Shown: positions 54,570 through 63,999 of the stretch, in pieces | Position numbering within the stretch: position 1 is the first letter of the stretch | How the letters are laid out: each line of letters starts with the position of its first letter | Virus record (IMG/VR): IMGVR_UViG_3300047443_000115 | Span: 1-64,000 of that record | Reading direction: 5' to 3' (one strand) | Length of the DNA: 64,000 nucleotides | Source: a virus | The notes under the pieces: generated by a model | Databases searched by the model: none | What the model saw: only the letters and a program-made list of their open reading frames with translations | What the model was told of the DNA's origin: nothing | Translations under genes and position numbers: made by a program

Positions 54570-55649
54570 ATGACAACCGCATCGCGGCGGTCAGTTCGTT
54601 CGCTTGCCTGTGAGGCTGAGTTTCGGGCCCGCGTAGAAGAACTGGGGGGCTGCGTCCTCGAACCTGAATGGCTTGGGGTGCTGAATCGCCATCGCATCCG
54701 GTGCGCCCAAGGCCATGAATATGCACCGAGACCACGGTACGTCCTTCAAGGCGGCGGCATCTGTCGCACTTGCTCCGGCCTTGACCCGCGCGCAGTTGAG
54801 GCCGCCTTCCGGGCCCGCATAGCAGGGCTCGGCGGCACCATCCTGGAACCCAAATGGCTCGGGGCTGATCGGCCTCACCGCGTCCTTTGTGTCGCTGGAC
54901 ACGAGAGCGCGCCTCGCCCGAGCGATGTCCGCCAGGGGGATGGGATATGCAAGACGTGCGCAGGAACGGACCCACGTGCGGCCGAAGCTGCGTTCCGAGC
55001 CCGCGTCGAGGAGCTAGGCGGCACTGTCCTTGAGCCCGTATGGCTTGGGGCGCAGAAGCCTCACCGCATCCGGTGTGCCGCTGGGCACGAAGTAATGCAG
55101 CGGCCCAACAGCATTCAGCAAGGGAGAGGCCTTTGCCGCACTTGCGCCGGGAATGATCCGAAGGTTGCCGAGGCGGAATTCCGGGCGCGCGTGGAAGAGT
55201 TGGGAGGCGTTGTTCTCGAACCCGTGTGGCTTGGAGTCAAGACGCCTCATCGAATCAGATGCTCCGCCGGGCACGAAAGCACGCCGCGACCGTCAGCTGT
55301 GCAGCAGGGTGGAGGTATCTGCAGGCTCTGTATGGGACAGGTCTGGGATGCGTTCTACGTCCTCCTCGACGAGGAGGAGCAGATGGTGAAGTTCGGGATC
55401 ACATCTGGTAACGCTCGGCCCCGCCTTGCCGGCCATGCACGGGACGGATACTGCACCCGCGTGCGGCTCATGACGGACCTGCCACTGGGTGCCGCACGGG
55501 GGCTAGAGAAGACAGTGCTCGCCACCCTGGACCTCGCCGGCGTTGAGCCGGTCCGTGGTCGCGAGTATTTCCATGTGTCGGCACTGCCCGTCATCCTTGA
55601 TATCGCCGACAACTACCCGATCCCGGCGTCTAAGCCCCGACCCGCCTGA
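54570..55649 (+). CDS. Putative homing endonuclease: four ~60-aa Zn-ribbon repeats plus C-terminal GIY-YIG-like domain
   Basis: 4x AEAxFRARVEELGGxVLEPxWLG...HRIRCxxGH...GxCxxC; FYVL...VKFGIT...RL..H...LE. Confidence 0.7.
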   Translation: MTTASRRSVRSLACEAEFRARVEELGGCVLEPEWLGVLNRHRIRCAQGHEYAPRPRYVLQGGGICRTCSGLDPRAVEAAFRARIAGLGGTILEPKWLGADRPHRVLCVAGHESAPRPSDVRQGDGICKTCAGTDPRAAEAAFRARVEELGGTVLEPVWLGAQKPHRIRCAAGHEVMQRPNSIQQGRGLCRTCAGNDPKVAEAEFRARVEELGGVVLEPVWLGVKTPHRIRCSAGHESTPRPSAVQQGGGICRLCMGQVWDAFYVLLDEEEQMVKFGITSGNARPRLAGHARDGYCTRVRLMTDLPLGAARGLEKTVLATLDLAGVEPVRGREYFHVSALPVILDIADNYPIPASKPRPA

Positions 55650-55881
55650 ACATGAGCAGCCACACGTCCCGGATCGGCGAGTCCTGCCCGGCTGGCCGTG
55701 CCCATTCCAACCGCCAGCCGTAGTGCTCGACCGCTTCGATGGTGTCGGCGAGGTCGGTCAGTTCGGGTCTCTGGGTGGCTTTTACGAGCGCCCGCCACAC
55801 GAACACGGTCCCGCCGGCCTCGGCTCGGTCGCGGGCGGCGGTGGCGTAGGGCATCTTCGACTGCTTGTCGCTGATCGTCAT
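55630..55881 (-). CDS. Hypothetical protein
   Basis: Small ORF, ...IEAVEHYGWRLE. Confidence 0.55.
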   Translation of the reverse strand: MTISDKQSKMPYATAARDRAEAGGTVFVWRALVKATQRPELTDLADTIEAVEHYGWRLEWARPAGQDSPIRDVWLLMFRRVGA

Positions 55882-56021
55882 CGCGGCAGCCTAGTGGCCC
55901 CGCCCCGAACACCCGCGCGCGTGACCGCTATCACCCGGTCGACCTGCACCGATGCCGTCAACAGGGGTGCGGTCGCGGGCGGTTCGCGGGATACTGGAAG
56001 TACCACAAACCTGGAGAAATC

Positions 56022-56588
56022 ATGAGGAAGATTCCAACGCTCTTCAAGCGGGACCCGGACGACCGCCGTCATGTGCTGCCGGAGGTGAACGAGGGCTGTG
56101 AGTGGGTCCTCGCTGGCGAGGGTGTCGCGACCCGCAAGTTCGATGGCACGTGCGTCATGCTCCGCGAGGACGGCTCGTGGTGGGCGCGCCGCGAGGTGAA
56201 GCCGGGGAAGACGCCGCCGCCCAACTTCGTGCCGCTGTCCACCGACGAGGTGACGGGGAAGACGGTGGGCTGGGAGCCAGTCGAGCAGTCCGGGTTCGCG
56301 AAGTGGCACGCCGAGGCGGTCGAGAACTGCGGGCCCCCCGAGGGCGCTACGGGCACGTTCGAGCTGATCGGGCCAAAGGTCAACGGGAACCCGGAGCAGA
56401 GCCCGATGCACCTGCTCGTCGAGCACGCGCACGCCGTCAATGTCGAGGTGCCGGTGCTGACGTTCGAGGGTATCCGGAAGACCGTACTGGCCCTGGCTGA
56501 GTCCGACGACTGCGAGGGCATCGTGTGGCACCACAAGGGCGGCCGCATGGTGAAGATCAAGGCACGCGACTTCCCGAAGGGAGTCTGA
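56022..56588 (+). CDS. ATP-dependent RNA-ligase-like nucleotidyltransferase
   Basis: Motif I ATRKFDGT, FELIG, EGIVW, MVKIK. Confidence 0.8.
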   Translation: MRKIPTLFKRDPDDRRHVLPEVNEGCEWVLAGEGVATRKFDGTCVMLREDGSWWARREVKPGKTPPPNFVPLSTDEVTGKTVGWEPVEQSGFAKWHAEAVENCGPPEGATGTFELIGPKVNGNPEQSPMHLLVEHAHAVNVEVPVLTFEGIRKTVLALAESDDCEGIVWHHKGGRMVKIKARDFPKGV

Positions 56589-56590
56589 CC

Positions 56591-56998
56591 ATGACGCTTG
56601 AGGAGCTGATCACCGCTCTCGAAGTCGAGGACCCGGCGAAGGTTGTCCGTCACGGCTTCACCAACCCGCACTCCTACCGGGGCTACTACGTTGAGCTCGC
56701 CTTCGAGCCGGCCAGCAACGTCACGGTTGGCGCGATGCTGGCCGATGCCCGGTCGGCCCTCGGTGCGGTCTACCAGGGCTGGAAGGGCGGAGACTTCGAG
56801 ATGAACGGCCACACGGACTGCTGGCTGTCGCTGGAGGGCTGCGCGTCCGGGGAGACGATCGGCCCGACGCTGCTGCGGCTGATGCTCGCCGACGCGGTCC
56901 CGGCCGCCGAGGTGACGCCCGACCGGCAGAAGCGCCCACCCATGGACCCCGTGCACATCCTCGGCATCGGAGCCCCCGCCGCCGTGGCGACGACGTGA
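56591..56998 (+). CDS. Hypothetical phage protein
   Basis: PHSYRGYYVELAFEP...GWKGGDF pattern. Confidence 0.7.
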   Translation: MTLEELITALEVEDPAKVVRHGFTNPHSYRGYYVELAFEPASNVTVGAMLADARSALGAVYQGWKGGDFEMNGHTDCWLSLEGCASGETIGPTLLRLMLADAVPAAEVTPDRQKRPPMDPVHILGIGAPAAVATT

Positions 56999-57390
56999 CT
57001 GCCGCCCTGCATCTCGCGCACGTCCACCAGCCCCCGCCGGGCCCGAAGCGCAAGCGGAAGCGGGGCGGCCCAGGTGACGGCGACGGCCCGTTCCTGATCG
57101 TCCCGCGCGACGCCTGCGAGGCCTGCCTGGCCCACTGGCACCACAAATGCTGGGGCGCCGACCTGCTGCTGCCTGACGACGAGCGCCCCGACTGCCCGTG
57201 CCCGTGCGGTGATCCCGCCGACCCGACGGGTGAGCGGATGAGCGCTGCGGCGTGGGCGGATCTGGCGCAGCACTGCCCCGCGGCCGTGTGGCGGGCGGTT
57301 GAGGGGCAGCGGATCCGGGACGGAGTTGGCGTCCACCTGTGCGTGGCGGGCGAGGATGACCGGCATCAGGCATTCAAGGAGCGGCGATGA
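56995..57390 (+). CDS. Cys-rich hypothetical protein
   Basis: Coupled ORF. Confidence 0.55.
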   Translation: MTAALHLAHVHQPPPGPKRKRKRGGPGDGDGPFLIVPRDACEACLAHWHHKCWGADLLLPDDERPDCPCPCGDPADPTGERMSAAAWADLAQHCPAAVWRAVEGQRIRDGVGVHLCVAGEDDRHQAFKERR

Positions 57391-57947
57391 CCACCACCGT
57401 CCTGCCCCACGCCCCGCAGGTCCGCTCAGCCTCCCTGCTGGTGGCCGTGGACCCGGTGGAGGATGCCCGCCGTCGCACGGCCGGACTGGGCGCCGTGACG
57501 GACATGGCCGCGCTGGAGCTGCTGCTCACCCTCCCGGAGGGTTTCCCGGTCCCCGTGGCGTCCCTCCCGGACCGCGACCGCCGGGCTCTCAAGCGGCTTC
57601 CTGCGGGCGTGGTGGAGGCGTCCGGGGGTGAGGTGGTCCGGCTGGCCGTGAAGCCGCTGCGGGCGGTCCTGGCGACCGTGCGGGGTACTTGCTCCGAGAC
57701 GGCCCTCGGGAAGGCGTCGAGCTTCGCCCCGTTCTGCGCCCGCCGCGTCCTCACCCGCGTCCGGCCGGAGTTCCCGGAGACCCTCATCGAGTTCGGCTTC
57801 TACGGTGTTGGCGTCACCTACCGCGCGGCCGATGGCGCTGAGGAGACGCTCGTCGAGCCACGACCGTGGCGGCCGATGCGGCACACGCCGGCTGGCTGGC
57901 GGTTCATCGAGCAGGCATACGAGCAGTACCGCCAGGAAGCGCCGTGA
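57387..57947 (+). CDS. Hypothetical protein
   Basis: Coupled ORF with coding-like codon usage. Confidence 0.65.
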   Translation: MTTTVLPHAPQVRSASLLVAVDPVEDARRRTAGLGAVTDMAALELLLTLPEGFPVPVASLPDRDRRALKRLPAGVVEASGGEVVRLAVKPLRAVLATVRGTCSETALGKASSFAPFCARRVLTRVRPEFPETLIEFGFYGVGVTYRAADGAEETLVEPRPWRPMRHTPAGWRFIEQAYEQYRQEAP

Positions 57948-58189
57948 CCCCCGACCACACCCCCACTCCCCGCCTCCTCTCGTCCCGCGTCGCCGAGGCC
58001 CTGTACCTGGCGACGGTCGGCCCGCTGACGGCCATCGCGAGCGCCCTCGCCTGCGCGGCAACGGGCGGCCACCTGGCCGCGTACTTCGGCACACTGGTGG
58101 TGCTTGCGTTCGCGGCCGGCTGGTGGCATGAGCGGCCCGTCGCCTGGATCCAGCGGTGGCTCGCGCGGAAGCCGACGCCTGGCGAGTAG
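57944..58189 (+). CDS. Small membrane protein
   Basis: Two TM helices. Confidence 0.55.
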   Translation: MTPDHTPTPRLLSSRVAEALYLATVGPLTAIASALACAATGGHLAAYFGTLVVLAFAAGWWHERPVAWIQRWLARKPTPGE

Positions 58190-58234
58190 CCGCGCGCAGC
58201 AATCAGCCCCCGGTCCGTGGACTCGGGGGTTGTG

Positions 58235-58441
58235 TCACGTCTCGGGCAGCGTCTCCTGCGGCACCTCGAACCGCCCGACGCCCGGCCCGACCCTGATCCC
58301 GAGCTTCTGCCGGCACCGCGGCCCAAGCCTGTACAGCCGCGAGATGCGGTCGTGCAACTCCTCGTCGCACTCGTCGCACGGAACGACGACGCGCCCCGTC
58401 GCCAGCTCGTTGGAGCGGGCGAGGAGCGCGTCAGGGGTCAT
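58235..58441 (-). CDS. DUF6011-like Zn-finger protein
   Basis: CDEC..EL.D..SR...LGPRC. Confidence 0.65.
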   Translation of the reverse strand: MTPDALLARSNELATGRVVVPCDECDEELHDRISRLYRLGPRCRQKLGIRVGPGVGRFEVPQETLPET

Positions 58442-58456
58442 GGGTCCAGTGTGCGG

Positions 58457-59806
58457 CTACGCGGCACTCTCGCGGCCGGGGAGGCGCATCTCCAGCGTAT
58501 GGCCGCCGTCGACGTCCAGGAGCTTCACCAGCGGCACCGTGACGGCCTCGTGGCGCGGGATGGGCAGGGTCGGCGCCTGCTGCGGAATGCGCCCGGTAGT
58601 GGCCTGCCTCGTCCCCCACCCATTGCGCCGCAGTGTCGCCAGCGCGTACAGGCGGAGCGGGATGAGGAGCGTCAGGTTCATCAGCGCGTACAGCGGCGCC
58701 GCGGCGAACGTGAGGATCCGGTCGGTACGCGGCACCTGGCCGGCCGAACGCAGGTAGTGCAGCGACCGGAACCATGCGGCGGCCGAGACGTACACGGCGT
58801 ACCAGGCGAACACGGTCCAGGCGTGCGGGTTGCTGGCGAACACCGCGAGGGCGACCAGCAGGGCCGAGGTGAACGCGATCCACGTGGCGAGCTCGACGAG
58901 GTTCAGCCACCAGTAGGCGCGGCCCATGGAACGGACCCTGAGCGCCAGGAGGACGCCCTCGCGGATGAAGGACTTGGTCCAACGGGTCTGCTGGCGCAGG
59001 TAGCCAGAAAGCCGGTGCGGCACGTCGGTCCAGGCGACCGCGGTGGGCACGATCAGCGACTGGCCCTCCAGCAGGCAGTAGTAGGTGAGCCTGCGGTCGT
59101 CGCCGAACGTGCACTCCTTGCCGAGGAAGCGCTGCCCGAGGAAGTCGTCCAGGTACTTCCGGACGGTTGTGCCGCGGTAGAGGGCGAGCGATCCGCAGGC
59201 GCACAGGACGGAGCCGAGGCGGGAGTAGGCGACGCGTTCGCCCAGGAAGGCGTTCTGGTAGCGCATGTCGATCAGGCGGGTCAGCAGATTCCGGCTACGG
59301 TTCGCAGCCAGGACGAGGCCTGTCACGGCGTGGACGCGGCGGCGGGCGAACGGCCGGGCGGCCTCCTCGACGGCGTGCGCGTCCAGCACGGTGTCGGAGT
59401 CGACGCACAGGTAGATGGCGGCGTCCTGGCGGGCGTTGAACCCCGTGGCGAGCCCGTGGCGCTTGCCTCTGTTGACGGGGAACCGGATGAAGTCCAGACG
59501 GATCCCCGCGGCAGCGAACGCCGGGCGCAGATGGTCGATGACTCCAGCGGCCGAGCGGTCCTTCGAGCAGTCGTCGATGACCGTCAGACTGTCGGGCCGG
59601 CGAGTCTGATCGAGGATCGACTCCAGGCAGCGGCGGAGCGCGGCAGGGTCCTCGTTGAAGGTCGTGACAACTCCGTGGATGACGTGGCCGGTCGGCCCTG
59701 CCGGCTGCTGCGCGGTGGGTCTGCGGCGCCGCTTCAGCGACGCGAGGAGCTTGATGGCGAGCAGGCTGCCCACGGCTATGCCGTACCAGCCCAGGTGATT
59801 GTGCAC
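58457..59806 (-). CDS. Processive GT2 glycosyltransferase, hyaluronan-synthase/NodC-like
   Basis: DDCS, GKR, CVDSD, CACGSLALYR, GDDRRLT, QQTRW(TKS) motifs; C-terminal TMs ending WGTR. Confidence 0.88.
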   Translation of the reverse strand: MHNHLGWYGIAVGSLLAIKLLASLKRRRRPTAQQPAGPTGHVIHGVVTTFNEDPAALRRCLESILDQTRRPDSLTVIDDCSKDRSAAGVIDHLRPAFAAAGIRLDFIRFPVNRGKRHGLATGFNARQDAAIYLCVDSDTVLDAHAVEEAARPFARRRVHAVTGLVLAANRSRNLLTRLIDMRYQNAFLGERVAYSRLGSVLCACGSLALYRGTTVRKYLDDFLGQRFLGKECTFGDDRRLTYYCLLEGQSLIVPTAVAWTDVPHRLSGYLRQQTRWTKSFIREGVLLALRVRSMGRAYWWLNLVELATWIAFTSALLVALAVFASNPHAWTVFAWYAVYVSAAAWFRSLHYLRSAGQVPRTDRILTFAAAPLYALMNLTLLIPLRLYALATLRRNGWGTRQATTGRIPQQAPTLPIPRHEAVTVPLVKLLDVDGGHTLEMRLPGRESAA

Positions 59807-59843
59807 AGGGGTCCCCCGTGAGTGTGGGTCGAGTGGTGGTTGG

Positions 59844-60056
59844 TCAGCCGCGGCGGGTCTTGGCGACGACAACGTCTACGCACGCCGCGGGCAGGTCCAC
59901 GACGCCGTTGAGGTCCCCGAGCCCAATCCCGTGCTGGGCTGCGACGGCAAGCAGGTCCCGGAGTAGCTCCAACGCCGAGGCCCGCACCTCCGGGCTGATG
60001 GCGGGCCCGTGGCGGTGGACGGCGGCGATGGCCTCGGCCGGGGTGCGGGCGGTCAC
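59844..60056 (-). CDS. Hypothetical protein
   Basis: Coupled ORF. Confidence 0.55.
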   Translation of the reverse strand: MTARTPAEAIAAVHRHGPAISPEVRASALELLRDLLAVAAQHGIGLGDLNGVVDLPAACVDVVVAKTRRG

Positions 60057-60240
60057 TGCTCAGCCTCCACGTCGAGTCGCGAAGCGGCCCACTCCACACC
60101 CTCGGCGAACCCGGGGCCGCGGTCGGGGTGGGTGTCCCGGAGCCGCTGCCCGAGGCTCCGCAGGTAGTTCGCGAGCAGCGGCTCCATGACCTCGTCGAGG
60201 TGAGCGTCGCCGGCGAGGTTGATGATGTCGTTGCGGGTGG

Positions 60241-60648
60241 TCATCGGGTTGCTCCGTTCGGGTTCGGGTGGCAGTCGGCCCCGCCGTCGTGCCCGCAGTC
60301 GCACGGGCTGCCGGTCGGGCCGTGGACGGGGCAGGCGTCGGCGGGGGTGTCGAGGCCCTCGGTGGGGCCGAACCGGACGCGCGACCCGGTGGGCCACCCC
60401 GCGACCACGTCGGCGAAGAAGTGCCCAGCCTGCCGGGCACGGTCGTCGCCGTCGGGGAAGTTCGCGGCCTCCCGCAACCGGGCCTCGTAGCGGGCCTCTA
60501 CGGCGGCCGCGAGGGCGTCGGCTCGGCGCTCGGCTCCCGCGAAGCCAGACTCGTTCGGCAGGGCGACGAGGGCGAACCCGATCAGCTCGTCTCGCGCCTC
60601 GGTGACGGCCTGCTCGGCACGGGACAGGGGGGTGGTCGGGTCGGTCAT
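60241..60648 (-). CDS. Hypothetical protein
   Basis: Coupled ORF. Confidence 0.55.
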   Translation of the reverse strand: MTDPTTPLSRAEQAVTEARDELIGFALVALPNESGFAGAERRADALAAAVEARYEARLREAANFPDGDDRARQAGHFFADVVAGWPTGSRVRFGPTEGLDTPADACPVHGPTGSPCDCGHDGGADCHPNPNGATR

Positions 60649-61052
60649 CAGAACCGCCACCACGAGTCGTAGCCCTCAGGGGGCGCCGGGTACGCGGCGA
60701 GCATCGGCCGCAGGATGGCCAGGTGCCCGGCCTGGACGTCGAGGTCTTCGGCGCCCCAGTAGCCGGTGCCGTCCCAGCGGCCGTGGCAGGTGCCGCCGTA
60801 GCGGCCGTCCAGGTCGGCGGACAGAACCGCGTTCGGGTCGTCGAGGTCCAGACGCTCCGGCAGGTAGTGGCTGAACAGCATCAGCGTTCCGATGCAGGCC
60901 CGGGTGACGCCGTTCTGGCGGCGGTACCAGACGGCGTTGGCTCTGCCGCTGAAGGCGATCAGGTTGCCGCGCTCGTGTTGGTCGCCGGTGACGGTGGTGA
61001 GGTCGATGGCGAAGGGCTTGCGGGAGATCAGGAACCGGTCCTCGCGGATCAC
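60648..61052 (-). CDS. Hypothetical protein
   Basis: GAAGGAGG RBS, coupled ORF. Confidence 0.6.
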   Translation of the reverse strand: MIREDRFLISRKPFAIDLTTVTGDQHERGNLIAFSGRANAVWYRRQNGVTRACIGTLMLFSHYLPERLDLDDPNAVLSADLDGRYGGTCHGRWDGTGYWGAEDLDVQAGHLAILRPMLAAYPAPPEGYDSWWRF

Positions 61053-61681
61053 GCGGGGCCTCCTTCGGTGAAAGCGCCGGTTACGCGGTCGGCGCGGATC
61101 ATGCGCCAGGCGGCCTGGCGGCCCTGCTCGCGCATCAGCGCCAGGTTCGCGGCGGCCAGCACCTGGACCTCGGCCAGCGCCTGGTCGTCACCGGCCAGGG
61201 CACGGTCGCACAGGTCCAGGAGTTGACGGATCTCGCGGCGCATCGCGGCGCCCTGGGCGGGAGTCACGACGGGTCCTTCCGCAGCCATACGGGCTCGCCG
61301 TCGACAGCCGCGCCGATCAGGTCGCCGGAGCGGAGGAAGTGGCTGACGCGGCGGAACTTGATGCCGAGGCCGGCCAGCCTCAGGCGTGCCCAGATCGGCA
61401 ACTCCTCGGGCGGCTGGCCCATCGCGGTTGCGGTTGCGGTTGCGGTCATGTCGCGCTCCGACCGGCGGGCGTGGCCCACTCCAGCAGCCGGTGCAGGGTG
61501 TCACCGGCCACGCTGATGTCGCCGCCCCAGATGCCGCCCAGATCCTTGCGGACGGCGGAGGCTTCGGCGGCGGTCATACGGACGGTGATCGCGCCGTCCG
61601 GCTCGATACGGATGGATTCCACGTGCGGGCCCTCCTCGGGCTGTCGTCGGCGCCCGTCCTTCGCGGCCGGGCAGGGGGGCG

Positions 61682-61975
61682 CTAGTGGGCGGCGTCGCCG
61701 TGGAAGTTGAGGGCGTCCCGGGTGGCATTGGGCGCGCCGCAAGTCGGGCAGGTGAACGCCTCGGTGAGGGCTGTGCGGAGGTCGCGGAGGTCGCGCATGA
61801 GGAGGCCGGTGCGGACGCCATCGCCGTAGATGCCGTCGGTGGCCTTGACGACCAGGGTGAGGTCGGGCTGGTCCGCGAATACGGCCAGCACGTGGTCCAG
61901 TGCCTCGATCGCATTGGCCGGGGCGTCGCCGTACTGCTCGATGGTCTCGCGGCGGATGCGGTCCATGCTGCTCAT
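61682..61975 (-). CDS. Hypothetical protein with C-terminal C2H2-like motif
   Basis: GGGGAG RBS; CPTC...H...H. Confidence 0.6.
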   Translation of the reverse strand: MSSMDRIRRETIEQYGDAPANAIEALDHVLAVFADQPDLTLVVKATDGIYGDGVRTGLLMRDLRDLRTALTEAFTCPTCGAPNATRDALNFHGDAAH

Positions 61976-62002
61976 TGCGGGCTCCCCTGCGGTTAGTTCC
62001 GG

Positions 62003-62088
62003 TGTCTATCTCGTAGACAAGTTCCACTGTGTCAGAGCTTCGCCGTCGCGTCTAGCCGGTAGACACGATTCATGGCTAGCAATTAGAC
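62003..62088. promoter_or_regulatory. Three GTCTA-N5-TAGAC operators in a divergent promoter region
   Basis: 62004-62018, 62050-62064 and 62074-62088 (the last with one mismatch). Confidence 0.65.
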
Positions 62089-62112
62089 GGTGATCATGGG
62101 ACGATGGGCGGC

Positions 62113-62337
62113 ATGACCGACTGGGAGAAGCAACTCCGCCGCCGAGTAGCGGTCGACAAGAGGCGTGCCCGCGAGCTGAAGCAGGACATTGCCGCCGCAC
62201 GCCTGGCCGGTCACACCTTCCGCAAGATCGGTGAGTGGGCAGAGGTCAACCACGAGACCGTGCGCAACATCTGCATGGAGATCAGCGGGCACACCCGCAC
62301 CCAAGCCGAACTCGACGCCGCCCCTGCTGACGCCTGA
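62113..62337 (+). CDS. Small HTH regulator
   Basis: GHTFRKIGEWAEVNHETVRNIC. Confidence 0.7.
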   Translation: MTDWEKQLRRRVAVDKRRARELKQDIAAARLAGHTFRKIGEWAEVNHETVRNICMEISGHTRTQAELDAAPADA

Positions 62338-62339
62338 CC

Positions 62340-62798
62340 TCACCGCCCGCCTCCCTGGTGGCAGGCGCAGATGCAACTCACCATGTCCTGCTTGCGAGTC
62401 CGGCGGCACGACGCGTGCATGCGCTGCGCCCACCCGTCCAGTTCACCCGCGGGGTCGCCGTCGCGGCTGATGGCGCGGTAGATCGCGTGGGCCGTCTCGC
62501 ACCCGGTGGACAGGTAGACGTCGATCCAGGGTGTGATCGCGGCCAGCACGTGATCCGGCAGCTTGTCGCGGCCGGATCCGGGCGGCGGGGGCACATACCG
62601 GGACTGGATGGCGGCGAGTGCGATGTCGGCGATGGCGCCCACTTCGCCGTCGATGTGTGTGCGTCCGCCGGCCATGCCGGACCAGACAATCGGGTGGGCT
62701 TCGTAGCAGCCGGCATCGGTCAGGCCACAGATGCCGTCGCAGCGGGTCGCGGCTGCTGTGAGGGCTTCGGCGATGGCGGTTCGCAGGTCGTCGGTCAT
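62340..62798 (-). CDS. Hypothetical protein
   Basis: YLSTGC...CICACH pattern. Confidence 0.6.
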   Translation of the reverse strand: MTDDLRTAIAEALTAAATRCDGICGLTDAGCYEAHPIVWSGMAGGRTHIDGEVGAIADIALAAIQSRYVPPPPGSGRDKLPDHVLAAITPWIDVYLSTGCETAHAIYRAISRDGDPAGELDGWAQRMHASCRRTRKQDMVSCICACHQGGGR

Positions 62799-63646
62799 CG
62801 GCCGGCCTCCTCAGGCTGGTCGGTCCACGTGTGCCACACGTCCGTGCCGGGGATCCGACCGCGGTGGGCGCCGTTGGGGCGGTGCTGGGTGCAGCGGATG
62901 AGGGTGTCGGCCAGGTGGTGGGTGGCGGGGCAGGCGGAGGGCGCTTCGGCCGGCGGGGTGGTGTCGGCCGGGCCGTCGAGGGCGCGCACGGTGGCGCAGG
63001 GGTGGGCGGTGAGCAGCCCGAGGTAGTGGTGTCCGTTCCAGCCGGAGCAGGTGCGGCAGATGACCAGGCCGTTGTGGGTGGTGGGTTGGTGGAGGGCGCG
63101 GACGGCGGTGAGCTTGGCCTCGGCGGTCTCGGCGCGGCGAATAGCAGCAACGCGGTCGGTCTCGTTGTCGGCAAGTTCGTCATGCCACCGGTCGCGGTCT
63201 GCTTCGGCGTCCAGGGCGCGGGCGGTGACGGTTCGGCACCAGTCTCCGAGGCGCTCCACTTCGGCGGCGAGTTGCTGCATGCGGCGGTCGCGGACGGCCA
63301 TCACCGCGTCGGCGTTGTCGAGGTAGGAGCCTTGGGTCTCCGTGCAGAGGGTGTTCCAGGGGTGGCCGTCGTCAGCGGCGATGGCCGCCGCGTACTGGTC
63401 GCGTAGTCCGCTGTCCGGCTCCTTGTTGCTGGCCGCCGGGTTGTCCGGGGTTGTCCGGGCGGCACCGGTGAGCATGGCGGCCAGCACCGGGGCGTCCTCG
63501 CGGAACACCCAGACCGACCCGGTTTCGATGCCGTCCACGTCGAGCCAGGGGATGCGGATCGTGCGCCCGCCGTCGGCGCTGTCGATGGTTTGGGCCCACG
63601 GGTACGAGTACTCGTCGATGGCGCGGGGCTCGGGCTGGTCGGTCAC
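62795..63646 (-). CDS. Hypothetical mosaic phage protein
   Basis: Coiled coil plus VRALH...C..C...PCATVRALD module. Confidence 0.6.
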   Translation of the reverse strand: MTDQPEPRAIDEYSYPWAQTIDSADGGRTIRIPWLDVDGIETGSVWVFREDAPVLAAMLTGAARTTPDNPAASNKEPDSGLRDQYAAAIAADDGHPWNTLCTETQGSYLDNADAVMAVRDRRMQQLAAEVERLGDWCRTVTARALDAEADRDRWHDELADNETDRVAAIRRAETAEAKLTAVRALHQPTTHNGLVICRTCSGWNGHHYLGLLTAHPCATVRALDGPADTTPPAEAPSACPATHHLADTLIRCTQHRPNGAHRGRIPGTDVWHTWTDQPEEAGR

Positions 63647-63999
63647 TGGCCGTTCCTGTCGTGGATGCCGAGGGCGAGGCGTGGCCCGTCGAAGCGGTCG
63701 TTGGCGAGGGTCGCGCACTGGATCTGGAAGTCGACCGGGAGCCCGGTGCGCTGCCGGGCGAGTTCGGAGATGGCGGCGCAGAGCAGGCCCCAGCGGCCGT
63801 CATGCCGGGACGGGTAGGTGTGGTCCGGGAACAGGGCGTCGAACTCGGGGTCGGGCAGGATGAGGCGCACGTCCACGTCCCGCCACTGCTTGCCGACTGC
63901 GGCTGAGCCGACGAGGTACGGGAGGTGTCCGAACGCGTCGTTGATCTCGCGGCCGAACGCTTCGAGGTGGAGGGCGGCGGGCATGCCGACGCCGAACAT
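63643..63999 (-). CDS. Minimal nucleotidyltransferase-like protein (5' end may extend beyond the window)
   Basis: PYLVGS...RDVDVRL...VDFQIQ pol-beta motif. Confidence 0.7.
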   Translation of the reverse strand: MFGVGMPAALHLEAFGREINDAFGHLPYLVGSAAVGKQWRDVDVRLILPDPEFDALFPDHTYPSRHDGRWGLLCAAISELARQRTGLPVDFQIQCATLANDRFDGPRLALGIHDRNGQ

